Assembly (NCBI GenBank): GCA_965230945.1
Contig: OZ246397.1
Coordinates: 304,749-368,748 of the forward strand
Reading direction: 5' to 3'
Length of the DNA stretch: 64,000 nt
Source of the DNA: an uncultured Gammaproteobacteria bacterium
GTDB lineage: Bacteria > Patescibacteriota > Microgenomatia > PFEM01 > JAPLYW01
Part shown: in pieces, positions 1 to 9,439 of the stretch
Layout of the letters: every line of letters starts with the position of its first letter
Position numbering within the stretch: the first letter of the stretch is position 1
Program-made: the position numbers and the translations under genes
The notes under the pieces: model-generated
The model's database searches: none
Seen by the model: the letters and a program-made list of their open reading frames with translations, nothing else
Told to the model about the DNA's origin: nothing

Positions 1-1089
1 TCACCAAGTCGGTAAAAATTCTTTGACGTTTTCTGGGGTTATTTGAAATCTAGTCCCACCCCTTTTAACTGATAAACTCTTTCCTTGAACAACCATCTTG
101 GCAATTTTACGACAAATACCATTAATAGTTCTCTCTAAAGTTCTTATTCCCGCATCATAGCCTAATGGCCTAACAATTTTTGACCAAACTTCAGATTGAA
201 TCTCAACAATATCTCTACTTAATCCCGCTTCTTGTAAAGCTCTTGGTAAAACATAATCTTTACCAATAACAATTTTTTCCTCGTCAGTATAAGAAGGCAT
301 CTGAATCGGTTCTAGTCTATCCATAACCGCCACGGAAATATTACTGATATTGTTACAAGTGGTAATAAACAAAACTTCAGAAAGATCAAAAGGATAATCA
401 ATAAAATGATCCCTAAAAGCATGATTCTGTTCTGGATCTAATAATTCCAACAAAACACCCATAATACTGGCTCGACCCTCATTGGTCACCCTATCAATTT
501 CGTCGAGAAGGATGACAGGATTTTTAATACCAACCCTTTTTAAAGACTTCATAATTAAGCCCGGCTCGGCATCAGAACGTAATCGAGACTGACCCCGAAG
601 ATCAAGAGGATCTCCCATACCGCCAAAAGGAATACGAGCAAACTTTCTTCCCATCGCTTCGGCAATAGAATAAGCAATAGTCGTCTTTCCTGTTCCTACC
701 AAACCAACAAAACAAAGAATTGGCGCTTTGGTAACTCCTAAATCTTTCTCATCTTCTCTTTTACTTTTTAATTTTAAAACAGCCATGTATTCCAAAATTC
801 TTTCTTTTATCTGTTTAAGACCATAATGATGAATGTCTAGAATCTTTTTCGCATTTTCTAAGTCCAAAATATCTTGGCTCCGCTTCTGCCAAGGTAAAGC
901 AGTAATCCAATCTATATAACGAACCGTTTTCCCATATTCTGTAGAATATTCGCCGTAACGAGCCATTCGTGAAAGACGCTCTACCATTAGAGAGACTTTA
1001 TCTTTTAACTCAGGTGGAAGGATCACAGAGGTAATCTTTTTTTCTAAATCAACAACTTCTTTTAAAAGGCGGGCAGGTTTATTAGGCAT
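1..1089 (-). CDS. lon: Lon-like AAA+ ATPase lacking the N-terminal and C-terminal protease domains
   Basis: Lon AAA motifs LPW, HYGLKQIKERILE, Walker A GLVGTGKT, Walker B ILLDEID, LLELLDPEQN..F.DH, AGIRTLER. Stops (TGA at 1-3) where the Ser-Lys protease domain would start. Confidence 0.85.
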   Translation of the reverse strand: MPNKPARLLKEVVDLEKKITSVILPPELKDKVSLMVERLSRMARYGEYSTEYGKTVRYIDWITALPWQKRSQDILDLENAKKILDIHHYGLKQIKERILEYMAVLKLKSKREDEKDLGVTKAPILCFVGLVGTGKTTIAYSIAEAMGRKFARIPFGGMGDPLDLRGQSRLRSDAEPGLIMKSLKRVGIKNPVILLDEIDRVTNEGRASIMGVLLELLDPEQNHAFRDHFIDYPFDLSEVLFITTCNNISNISVAVMDRLEPIQMPSYTDEEKIVIGKDYVLPRALQEAGLSRDIVEIQSEVWSKIVRPLGYDAGIRTLERTINGICRKIAKMVVQGKSLSVKRGGTRFQITPENVKEFLPTW

Positions 1090-1130
1090 TTCTAACTTAG
1101 ATTAACAAAAAAGAGGGGGTTAAAACAAGA

Positions 1131-3272
1131 CTAACGATATTTTCTACCCGAAAATTTCTTTTCCTTATGATGAGGTTTTTCCCCTTTACTAGATTCATCA
1201 AAAAGCATGGAAAGGTTAATTCTTCCCAAGTCGTCAATTTCAACAACTTTGACCTTCACCTTTTGACCTATCTTAACGATATCTTCTGGATTATCTACAT
1301 ATTCAGATGACATCTTAGAAACATGAACTAGACCATCTTTACCTGGTAAAAACTCAACAAAAGCCCCAAAAGGCTGAATTCTTCTAACAATTCCTTCATC
1401 AAAAACTTCACCCACTTTAACTTCCCTTACTAAACCCTTAATCCAGGTAATTGCCTTTTCTACTGCTTCTCTATCAGGAGCAGAAACATTAACTGTCCCA
1501 TCATCTTCAACATCAACCCCGGCACCAGTTTCGGCAATAATATTTTTAATGGTTCTACCGCCAGGACCAATTACATCTCCAATCTTTTCTGTCGGGATAT
1601 GCAAAACCTCAATCTTAGGCGCATATTTAGAAACCTGAGCCCTAGATTTAGGTAAAGCTTTTATCATTCTTTCTAAAATAAAAAATCTGCCCTCTTTGGC
1701 CTGTTTTAAAATCTCATCTACTACTAACAGGGTTAAGTCAGTAGTCTTGACATCCATCTGAATGGCAGTTATGCCTTCTTTTGTGCCGGTTACCTTAAAA
1801 TCCATATCTCCATTAAAATCTTCCAAACCCGTGATATCTGAAAGAATTACTCTCTTACCTCCCTTGCTAATCGTGCCCATAGCAATCCCAGAAACAGGAG
1901 CTTTAATAGGAACACCAGCATCCATTAAAGAAAGGGCTGAACCGCAAGTAGAAGCCATGGAAGTAGAACCATTAGAAGACATAATTTCGGAAACAACACA
2001 AATGGTGTAAGGAAATTTCTCTTCTGAAGGAAGAACAGGTTTTATAGCTCTTTCAGCTAAAGCTCCGTGGCCAATTTCTCTTCTCGAAGGAAAACCAACA
2101 CGACCAGTTTCACCTATGGAAAAAGGCGGCATATAATAATGATGAATATAACGCTTGCTTTCTTCCCCCTCCATGCTTTCAATTAGCTGCTCCAATGCGG
2201 AAGAACCTAATGTCGTCACCGTTAAAGCCTGGGTATTCCCTCGTTTAAACATGGCTGAACCATGAGTTCGCGGCAAAATACCAATCTCAATATCAATCGG
2301 CCTAATTTCATCTAATTTTCTCCCATCTGGTCGTTTTCCTTTTTCTAAAATCTGGTTTCTAATAAACTCTTTTATTAACTTATCAAAAATTTTACTAATC
2401 TTTTCTCTTTTTTGCTCATATTTCTCTGATAGGGCAATTTCCAACTCTTTACGCATAACGCCTGCATTCTCTTTACTAACAACTAAATCAACAATCTCTT
2501 TTAGTTTATCCTTAATCTCCTTCTTAACCTCAGCCATCAATTGAGAATCAATTTTATCAACTTCAAACTTTTGTTTTTTAAGACCAACTTCTTTCCGCAG
2601 GTCTTCAATTAGCTTGGTAACTTTGTTTATTCCCTTTTGGGCAAAATCAATCGCTTTTAGGATTGTTTCTTCAGGGATCTCCTTGGCCCCTCCTTCAAAC
2701 ATGATTAAAGCCCTATCAGTAGCTGAAACTATCAAATCTAACTCCGAATATTCTAAGTCTTGATAAGTAGGATTAACAACAAAAGCGTCATGACCATTTT
2801 TAGGCACAAAACCTACCCTTACTGAACCAACTGGCCCCTCCCAGGGAATATCAGAAATATGCAAGGCCGCTGAAGCAGCGCACAAGGCTGGGATGTCTGG
2901 ATCATTTTCCGCATCTACAGACAAAACCGTAATTGTCACTTGGACTTCTCCTTTGTAGTCTTCTGGGAAAAGAGGCCTAATAGAACGATCTATTAGCCTG
3001 GCTGTCAAAGTAGCTTCCTCAGAGGGACGGCCTTCTCTTTTTACCCAACGAGAACCCTTGATGCGACCGCCAGCATAAAGTCTTTCCACAAAATTAACCT
3101 GCAGGGGAAAATAGCCTAAATCTTCTTTAGGAGCAGAATCTACCACCGTAGCTAAAACCATGGTATCTCCGTAACGAGCCAAGACAGCACTGGCAGCCTG
3201 ACTAGCCAAACGACCAACTTCCAAAGTTAGTGTTTTACCACCAATTTCAACTGATTTTTCAACAATTTTCAT
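1131..3272 (-). CDS. pnp: Polyribonucleotide nucleotidyltransferase (PNPase)
   Basis: Two RNase PH domains ([35 protein letters not shown]), KH motif IGPGG, C-terminal S1 domain. Confidence 0.98.
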   Translation of the reverse strand: MKIVEKSVEIGGKTLTLEVGRLASQAASAVLARYGDTMVLATVVDSAPKEDLGYFPLQVNFVERLYAGGRIKGSRWVKREGRPSEEATLTARLIDRSIRPLFPEDYKGEVQVTITVLSVDAENDPDIPALCAASAALHISDIPWEGPVGSVRVGFVPKNGHDAFVVNPTYQDLEYSELDLIVSATDRALIMFEGGAKEIPEETILKAIDFAQKGINKVTKLIEDLRKEVGLKKQKFEVDKIDSQLMAEVKKEIKDKLKEIVDLVVSKENAGVMRKELEIALSEKYEQKREKISKIFDKLIKEFIRNQILEKGKRPDGRKLDEIRPIDIEIGILPRTHGSAMFKRGNTQALTVTTLGSSALEQLIESMEGEESKRYIHHYYMPPFSIGETGRVGFPSRREIGHGALAERAIKPVLPSEEKFPYTICVVSEIMSSNGSTSMASTCGSALSLMDAGVPIKAPVSGIAMGTISKGGKRVILSDITGLEDFNGDMDFKVTGTKEGITAIQMDVKTTDLTLLVVDEILKQAKEGRFFILERMIKALPKSRAQVSKYAPKIEVLHIPTEKIGDVIGPGGRTIKNIIAETGAGVDVEDDGTVNVSAPDREAVEKAITWIKGLVREVKVGEVFDEGIVRRIQPFGAFVEFLPGKDGLVHVSKMSSEYVDNPEDIVKIGQKVKVKVVEIDDLGRINLSMLFDESSKGEKPHHKEKKFSGRKYR

Positions 3273-3538
3273 TTATTTAAGCTTAATTCTCCTATCACTC
3301 TCTTGTATCTTACTTCGTCTTTCTTAAGAAGATAAGCTAGAAGCCTCCTCCGCTTAGAAACCATAGATAGTAACCCGCGCCGAGAATGGACATCCTTTTT
3401 ATGCTCCTTGAGATGATCTGTTAAATTCTTGACTTTGTGAGTTAAAAGAGCGATTTGGACTTCTGGAGAACCGGTATCACCCTTTGTCTGAGCAAACTTT
3501 TTGATAATCTTCTGTTTTTCATCTACACTTAAAGACAT
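3269..3538 (-). CDS. rpsO: 30S ribosomal protein S15
   Basis: [25 protein letters not shown]. Start moved to the ATG at 3538. Confidence 0.98.
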   Translation of the reverse strand: MSLSVDEKQKIIKKFAQTKGDTGSPEVQIALLTHKVKNLTDHLKEHKKDVHSRRGLLSMVSKRRRLLAYLLKKDEVRYKRVIGELSLNK

Positions 3539-3579
3539 TGGCTGATATTCTAACAAAAAGAGGTCTAATTAACAAGAGG

Positions 3580-4431
3580 ATGAAAGAGATAACTCTAAAA
3601 GCACCAGCAAAAATAAACCTGGGTCTTTCTATTTTAAAGAAACTTTCTCCTGGCTACCATGAAGTAAAATTTATTTTCCAGCAAGTTTCTCTGTTCGACC
3701 GTATCCATCTTAAAGAAATTAAAGAAGATAAAATCAAGATCTTCTGCAATGATAAAAAGGTCCCCCTAAACAAGATCAACACCGTCTATCAAGCAGCCTT
3801 ACTTGTTAAAAGGAAAATGAAAATTAAAAAAGGGATCGAAATTATAATTGATAAAAAAATCCCTGTGGCAGCTGGTTTAGGAGGCGGTAGCTCTGACGCC
3901 GCCCAAACATTGCTCGGTTTAAATAAAATCTGGAATTTAGGCCTTAATACGACTGACTTAATTAAATTAGGCCTTAAAATCGGTATGGATGTTTGTTATC
4001 AGCTTGTTGGGGGAACAAAACTAGCTACTCACTTAGGTGAAAAAATCAAACCCTTACCTAACCTACCTCAATTACATCTTGTTTTAACTAATCCCAACCA
4101 AGAAGTTTCTACTAGATGGGCTTATGAAAACGTTGATTATAGCCAAATTGGCAAAAAACAACTCAAGGAACTAACCAAAGCCATTAAGAAAAAAGATGTC
4201 AAGAAAATTGCTTTAAATCTTCACAACGACTTTGAATTTTGGGTTCCTAATTTTTATCCGGTTATCCTAAAAATCAAAGACAAAATGTTTTCCAACGGAG
4301 CTTTGGGAGCAATAATGAGCGGTTCAGGTCCAACTGTCTTTGGTGTTTTTAAAAACAAACCCACGGCCTTAAAGGCTTACACGGCTCTAAAAAAGGACTT
4401 TCCTAAAACCTACCTTGTCAAAACCCTTTAA
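3580..4431 (+). CDS. ispE: 4-diphosphocytidyl-2-C-methyl-D-erythritol kinase (GHMP kinase)
   Basis: APAKINLGL, KKIPVAAGLGGGSSDAA, LHNDFE, MSGSGPTVF. Start moved to the ATG at 3580. Confidence 0.9.
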   Translation: MKEITLKAPAKINLGLSILKKLSPGYHEVKFIFQQVSLFDRIHLKEIKEDKIKIFCNDKKVPLNKINTVYQAALLVKRKMKIKKGIEIIIDKKIPVAAGLGGGSSDAAQTLLGLNKIWNLGLNTTDLIKLGLKIGMDVCYQLVGGTKLATHLGEKIKPLPNLPQLHLVLTNPNQEVSTRWAYENVDYSQIGKKQLKELTKAIKKKDVKKIALNLHNDFEFWVPNFYPVILKIKDKMFSNGALGAIMSGSGPTVFGVFKNKPTALKAYTALKKDFPKTYLVKTL

Positions 4432-5288
4432 ATACGAGTATTACCTTTGTAAATTTTAGGTTTTAGCCAATCAGAAGAGGGTTTTTCAGAAAAGCCGTGC
4501 TTTTTTGTTAAAATTTTCTTTTGCTTTGCCCTCTTTTCTTCGATAACAACTACCTCTCTTTGTATTTTTCGGCCACCAGACCGCAAACAGAAAGCTATGG
4601 CCTCAAAAGTAGTTGCCGTTGATTTATTCAAGGAAAAATTGGCGGTCGCCTGTCTGATACCTAGTAAAAGATTACCAGCAATGTCTTCATCAACAGGCAA
4701 TTTCAAAGAAGCCAAAAGCAAGGCTATAAATTCACCATAGGAAGCCATCTGAGAATTAACAAAATTAATCTTGCCAAATTGTTTATTGTCTGGATTAATA
4801 TCAAGATTAATAACCTTTCCTTTATCAAAAAGTTCTCTGTTCTCAAAATAAACTTTATCTAAGTCCTCCAAACTAGCGGCTCCGACAACAAAAACCGCTT
4901 CAGCTGCATTACCGGTATAGGAATAGATGATCTTCTCCGGAGAAAAAGCTGGGTAACCTTCTTTACTTTGAATAATTAAAGTAAATTTTTTATCTTCGGT
5001 ATTATACCTGACTTTTTCGATTGACTCATCAAGGTCAAAAGAGGCCATAAAATCTCTGCCAGTCATTTTTTCTTTAACCTTATCCACACCTACTAAAGAA
5101 GAAAAATCTACAATCATTGGTTGAGAACAAACAATAGAAACTTTTTTACCAGATTTTTGCAGGGAAAGAAAGAGAGATAGGGCGGCTGCCACCTTATCCT
5201 GATTTAAATTTTTTGGAAGAACAATAGCAAAACTTTGAGCAGAGGCTAAGGCTTCCTCAAGCGGAGTGAAATCATAAGAATCTTTCAT
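4428..5288 (-). CDS. DHH/NrnA-family phosphoesterase-like protein with degenerate motifs
   Basis: Sits downstream of infB and has DHH-fold order (D..AAALSL; INLDINPDNKQFGKINFV; A..LLLGI...T..F), but the DHH triad is replaced. Confidence 0.7.
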   Translation of the reverse strand: MKDSYDFTPLEEALASAQSFAIVLPKNLNQDKVAAALSLFLSLQKSGKKVSIVCSQPMIVDFSSLVGVDKVKEKMTGRDFMASFDLDESIEKVRYNTEDKKFTLIIQSKEGYPAFSPEKIIYSYTGNAAEAVFVVGAASLEDLDKVYFENRELFDKGKVINLDINPDNKQFGKINFVNSQMASYGEFIALLLASLKLPVDEDIAGNLLLGIRQATANFSLNKSTATTFEAIAFCLRSGGRKIQREVVVIEEKRAKQKKILTKKHGFSEKPSSDWLKPKIYKGNTRI

Positions 5289-5290
5289 TT

Positions 5291-6802
5291 TCAGGCTTGA
5301 GATTTACGATAAGATACTAACACATCGCCAATTTCAAAGTCAAGCTGGGGAGAAAAAACAACTCCAAATTCTTCTCCCTGCTTTAGTAGGGTAGCTTCCT
5401 CTTTACCTTTTCTCATTGTCTTAATACGGACATCACCTAAAACTTCATCCTTTCTCAAGAGGTGAATTTTATCGTCCTTTTTAATTTGTCCCTCAAGTAC
5501 CTTACAACCAGCTACATTTTCTTTCATCTCAAAGCGAGCCAAAATTTCGGCTTTACCTAAAATTTCTTCATCAATGGTAGGTTCAAGAATTTTCAGGACC
5601 TTCTTCCCAACTTCTTCCAGCAATTCATAAATAACTTGAAAAGTGGAAACCTTGACCTTTTCTGCAACCGCTAATTTTTTAACTTGAGTAGGAACTTTAA
5701 CATTAAAAGCTATCACCTCTGCTGAACTACTAGCGGCTAATAAAACATCAGATTCATTAACCTCACCCACACCTGCTTTCAAAAGCTGACAATTTTCAGG
5801 CAGATTATTCTTAATTGCCTCCAGCGTTCCCAAGACATCAGCCTTAAGGATTAAGTTTAATCGTTCTTCTTCCTCTTGTTCTTTTTTTTCTTTGCTATCT
5901 GGTTTTTTTAAAGAAGTCTCTTTCTTTTCTAGCTTCTTTTTCTCAAAATTCTCCCTGCTTATTCTTTCTACTTTCTCACCCACTAGAGGAACTTTCTTAA
6001 AACCTAAGATTTCCACTGGCTGACTTACCAAGGCTTCTTTAACAGATTGGCCTCTATCATCAAATATGGCTTTGATTTTGCCGTAAACTCGACCTACTCT
6101 AATCTCATCACCAATTTCTAAACTACCATCACGAATTAAAACGGTGGCCAATGGCCCCCGGTGAGCATCTAATTTCGATTCTAAAACAACTGCTTTTAGT
6201 GGATTAGAGGCCTTGCCTTTAAGCTCCATCATCTCTCCTAAAAGAAGAATCATCTCCAAAAGGTCTTTTATCCCTTGGCCTGTTTTAGCGGAGACAGGTA
6301 CCAAAACAATCTTGCCCCCGTATTCTTCAATTGAAATACCATTTTCTGCAAGATTTTTCTTTGCTTGCTCAATTTTTACCTCAGGGAGATCAATTTTGTT
6401 TAAAGCCACTAAGTAGTTTAAACCTACTTCGTTAATATATTTTAAACTTTCTTTTGTTTGCGGTTTAACTCCATCATTGGCAGCAACTACCAAAATCGCT
6501 AAATCAGCAATTTTAGCTCCCCGAGATCTCATTTCATTAAAAGCAGCATGACCTGGGGTATCCACAAAGGTAATCTCCCTAGCCGGCTTATCTTTCTCTG
6601 TCCCCACTCTTACTTGATAGGCAACAATATGTTGAGTAATACCACCATGTTCTTTTCTGGCTAGATCAATTTCTTTAATTTTTGAAAGAAGAGTTGTTTT
6701 ACCGTGGTCAATATGACCCAGAATAACGACAACTGGAGCTCGACCCATTTTGCCTGAAGCAGATGAAGATTTTAAACCTTTTTTGGTTGTCGTTTTTTTC
6801 AT
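5291..6802 (-). CDS. infB: Translation initiation factor IF-2 (short form)
   Basis: RAPVVVILGHIDHGKTT, GGITQHI, DTPGHAAF, NKID, KADVLGTLEAI. Confidence 0.97.
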   Translation of the reverse strand: MKKTTTKKGLKSSSASGKMGRAPVVVILGHIDHGKTTLLSKIKEIDLARKEHGGITQHIVAYQVRVGTEKDKPAREITFVDTPGHAAFNEMRSRGAKIADLAILVVAANDGVKPQTKESLKYINEVGLNYLVALNKIDLPEVKIEQAKKNLAENGISIEEYGGKIVLVPVSAKTGQGIKDLLEMILLLGEMMELKGKASNPLKAVVLESKLDAHRGPLATVLIRDGSLEIGDEIRVGRVYGKIKAIFDDRGQSVKEALVSQPVEILGFKKVPLVGEKVERISRENFEKKKLEKKETSLKKPDSKEKKEQEEEERLNLILKADVLGTLEAIKNNLPENCQLLKAGVGEVNESDVLLAASSSAEVIAFNVKVPTQVKKLAVAEKVKVSTFQVIYELLEEVGKKVLKILEPTIDEEILGKAEILARFEMKENVAGCKVLEGQIKKDDKIHLLRKDEVLGDVRIKTMRKGKEEATLLKQGEEFGVVFSPQLDFEIGDVLVSYRKSQA

Positions 6803-6839
6803 AATTTACTTTTACTTCCAATTGATAACTCATACCAAT

Positions 6840-7937
6840 TTACTCTTTTTTCTTAGAACTCTTATCGGTCTTTTTATCTTTTTTCTTCTTATCTTTACTC
6901 TTTTTTACCTTTTTTACCTTCTCTTTCTTTTCTTTTTTTAATTTGCTTTTCTTTCTTTCCTGCTTTTTCACGGCAGTTTTCTGTTCATTAATATCAATCT
7001 TATAACCAGTCAATCTTACTGCCAATCTCACATTTTGCCCTTCCTTACCAATGGCCAAAGAAAGCTGATCTTCAGGCAGGGAAACAATAGCGGTTTTACC
7101 TTTTTCATTCACCTTTACCTTAATATTCTCGGCCGGAGACAAAGCCGCTATAATAAATTTTTCTATATCTTCGCTGTATTGAATAACATCAATCTTTTCT
7201 CCACCAAGCTCATTAATTACTGCCTGAACTCTAACTCCTTTTTGGCCTACACAAGAACCAACAGGATCAACCCCAGCTTGAGTAGAAAAAACAGCTACCT
7301 TGGAACGATTGCCGGCTTCCCGAGAAATTTCTTTTATCTTAACCGCCCCAGAAGCTAATTCAGGCACTTCTCGCTTAAAGAGACCTTCTACCAGCTCTTT
7401 ATCTGCTCTGGAAACTATTACTTGCTGGCCTTTGCCAATTTCTTCAATGCCTTTAATATAAAAGGTAAGTCTTTGGCCAATGTTGTAATTTTCTGAAGAA
7501 ACCTGTTCGATTTTTGGCATAACGGCTTCGGTACGATCAACATCAACAATAATATTAGGACCATCAAAACGAATAATGCGACCATTAACCAGACTGCCAA
7601 TTCTCTTAGAGTACTCTTCTAAAACAGAAGATTTTTCTGCCTCTCTAATTTTTTGAATCAAAACCTGTTTAGCTACCTGAGCGGCAATGCGGCCAAAATC
7701 CGGCGGAGTAACTTCCTTTTTACCGTCTTTTAAGGAGAAGATGTGAGTTTCACCTGTTTCCTGATTAATCTCCACTTCATATTCTATCTCTTCTTCAGCA
7801 CCATAGTCACGACGATAGGCGGCCAATAAGGCCTCCTTAATAGAGTCGATGACTACCTCTACCTCAATACCATGTTCAGCACAAATCTGATTTAAGGCTG
7901 AGGCAAATTCGGTTCTTGCTTTTTTAATAGCTGCCAT
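6840..7937 (-). CDS. nusA: Transcription termination/antitermination factor NusA
   Basis: FGRIAAQVAKQV, REAGNRSKVAV, DPVGSCVG, LSLAIGKEGQNVRLA. Lys-rich tail. Confidence 0.98.
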   Translation of the reverse strand: MAAIKKARTEFASALNQICAEHGIEVEVVIDSIKEALLAAYRRDYGAEEEIEYEVEINQETGETHIFSLKDGKKEVTPPDFGRIAAQVAKQVLIQKIREAEKSSVLEEYSKRIGSLVNGRIIRFDGPNIIVDVDRTEAVMPKIEQVSSENYNIGQRLTFYIKGIEEIGKGQQVIVSRADKELVEGLFKREVPELASGAVKIKEISREAGNRSKVAVFSTQAGVDPVGSCVGQKGVRVQAVINELGGEKIDVIQYSEDIEKFIIAALSPAENIKVKVNEKGKTAIVSLPEDQLSLAIGKEGQNVRLAVRLTGYKIDINEQKTAVKKQERKKSKLKKEKKEKVKKVKKSKDKKKKDKKTDKSSKKKE

Positions 7938-7954
7938 TCTTTTCTTCCTTATCT

Positions 7955-7976
7955 AAAAAGGTGGGGATCCCCACCT
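7955..7976 (-). terminator. Terminator-like hairpin (attenuator) in the nusA leader
   Basis: Perfect palindrome AGGTGGGGATCCCCACCT (7959-7976) followed by a T run on the minus strand, between the promoter and the nusA start. Confidence 0.75.
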
Positions 7977-8005
7977 CTAATAATTCACAAATCTAATCTA
8001 GAAGA

Positions 8006-8034
8006 ATTTTAGCAAGAAGGAGTAAAAAAGTCAA
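8006..8034 (-). promoter_or_regulatory. sigma70 promoter of the nusA-infB operon
   Basis: TTGACT-17 bp-TAAAAT with extended -10 TGC. Confidence 0.75.
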
Positions 8035-8087
8035 TCAAAATTAACCGAGTGATCTTTTTATTTTCCCCAAAACGAAAGTATATAATT

Positions 8088-8122
8088 TAGCTCCCCATCG
8101 TGGACGATGTTCGGACTAGTTT
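8088..8122. repeat. 35-bp direct repeat, copy 1 (att-like)
   Basis: TAGCTCCCCATCGTGGACGATGTTCGGACTAGTTT, 34/35 identical to 9401-9435. Confidence 0.95.
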
Positions 8123-8676
8123 ATTTCTCGCTCTCTTTTAGCTAGTTCTTTGTTAAAAATGATTCTTGCTGTCTTTGTATAAAATTTATTTCCTTTCCTA
8201 ACATCATAATTCTCCTTAGGAGTTATCTCATACTGCCCTACATCTTCATAAAAAGGCTCCTTAAAGGTGTCAGATAAAGTATCTGCATCAATGAGCAATC
8301 TTTTGTTTAAATTTCGAGGATTTTTAAACTTATGAGCCAGCATGACACCAATTATTTCTTTTATTTTAGCCTTATCGTATTTAAGGCTACTCAAAATCTC
8401 TTTAGCGATTGGCGGACAATATTTTAGGTGTAATTCTAAGGCTTTCTTAGCCTTGGATCCTCTCATTATCTTTTGCAAGCTTAACGGAACTTTAGACCAA
8501 CCCGTATCATGTAAAATAGCCGCAGGTATCAAAATATCTTCATCGCCTCTTTCTTTTTTCAGCAACATCTCCATACTCTTAACCACCCATTTAGTATGCT
8601 TAACAAAATCTTTCTTTTTTCCTTTCTTTAAAAATAGGGTTGCTTTCCGAAGCATTTCAACATAAATTCTTTTCAT
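8116..8676 (-). CDS. HD-domain phosphohydrolase
   Basis: H...AAILHDTGWS...H...H...IDADTLS. Stop codon lies inside the 35-bp repeat. Start moved to the ATG at 8676. Confidence 0.85.
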   Translation of the reverse strand: MKRIYVEMLRKATLFLKKGKKKDFVKHTKWVVKSMEMLLKKERGDEDILIPAAILHDTGWSKVPLSLQKIMRGSKAKKALELHLKYCPPIAKEILSSLKYDKAKIKEIIGVMLAHKFKNPRNLNKRLLIDADTLSDTFKEPFYEDVGQYEITPKENYDVRKGNKFYTKTARIIFNKELAKREREIN

Positions 8677-8745
8677 ATCTCCCAATTCTAACATAGAAAA
8701 ACAAAAAAGCCGCCTTTAAGCAGCTCTCTTAAAAAAGAAGTCAAG

Positions 8746-8811
8746 AATTAATTAGGTTGACAAAGAAAACTTGTAATTTTTGCAAAGTCTTTCTCTACAA
8801 CCTGATTAATT
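8746..8811. repeat. 66-nt imperfect inverted repeat/hairpin
   Basis: AATTAATTAGGTTG (8746-8759) and CAACCTGATTAATT (8798-8811) are complementary at 13/14 positions, with partial inner pairing. Confidence 0.8.
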
Positions 8812-8837
8812 AGATATCGTCCTTAGGCGACAATTGA

Positions 8838-9305
8838 TTAAGCTTTAAATTCCACCACTTGTACTTTTGGATAGGGCGCAAAGAATTTCTTTTTTTTGGC
8901 AGCTCTCTGGCAAGTGGTAACAATATATAAAACATCAAAGCCATGATAAGCGGCGAGTACAAACTGGTCGCCGTTGACATGACAAAGAACACTACCAATA
9001 TCAAGTACAGGAATAATAACAGTTACGTGTGTTCCTATCTCGTTTAAGCGATCTTGAATTTCTGCTTGATTCTTTTCCAATATATCGCGCGCTAACTGTC
9101 TTTCTTTGAAGCTACTTGCCTCGCGACCCAACGGTCCGAAATCATCCACGGGTAAATCTGCCTTCGTAAACGCTTCATTGATTTGTGTTCCTCCTCCGAC
9201 ACACACTACCACAAAATACCTTTGACTTAACTTTTTAATCCATTGGAGCACATCATTATTAAACATGTCGCCAGAAACCTTCACCAGACAATTTTTTCTT
9301 GACAT
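8838..9305 (-). CDS. Small amino-acid-kinase (AAK)-fold protein
   Basis: LVKVSGD, VVVCVGGGTQIN and HVNGD resemble AAK motifs (VKxGG, VxGGG, NxD). Only 155 aa. Confidence 0.6.
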   Translation of the reverse strand: MSRKNCLVKVSGDMFNNDVLQWIKKLSQRYFVVVCVGGGTQINEAFTKADLPVDDFGPLGREASSFKERQLARDILEKNQAEIQDRLNEIGTHVTVIIPVLDIGSVLCHVNGDQFVLAAYHGFDVLYIVTTCQRAAKKKKFFAPYPKVQVVEFKA

Positions 9306-9400
9306 TATCTTTTTTCCTTTCTCTAGTGGTAGATTTATTTTAACATAATAAAAAAGCCTTAAAATAGGACCTTAGGAAGAAAAATCAGATGTCTGGAAGC

Positions 9401-9435
9401 TAGCTCCCCATCGTGGATGATGTTCGGACTAGTTT
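9401..9435. repeat. 35-bp direct repeat, copy 2 (att-like)
   Basis: TAGCTCCCCATCGTGGATGATGTTCGGACTAGTTT. Confidence 0.95.
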
Positions 9436-9439
9436 GGCC

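Noticed and set aside
8746-8811. Hairpin as a classical integron attC site
   Set aside because: Lacks the RYYYAAC...GTTRRRY end boxes in the required orientation, and no integron integrase is present.
9338-9365. TTATGTTAAAA (minus strand) as the XerD arm of a dif site
   Set aside because: No XerC arm at the 6-bp spacing. Better explained as the extended -10 box TGTTAAAAT.
8088-9435. 35-bp repeats as a CRISPR array
   Set aside because: Only two copies, 1.3 kb apart with whole genes between them, and no cas genes.
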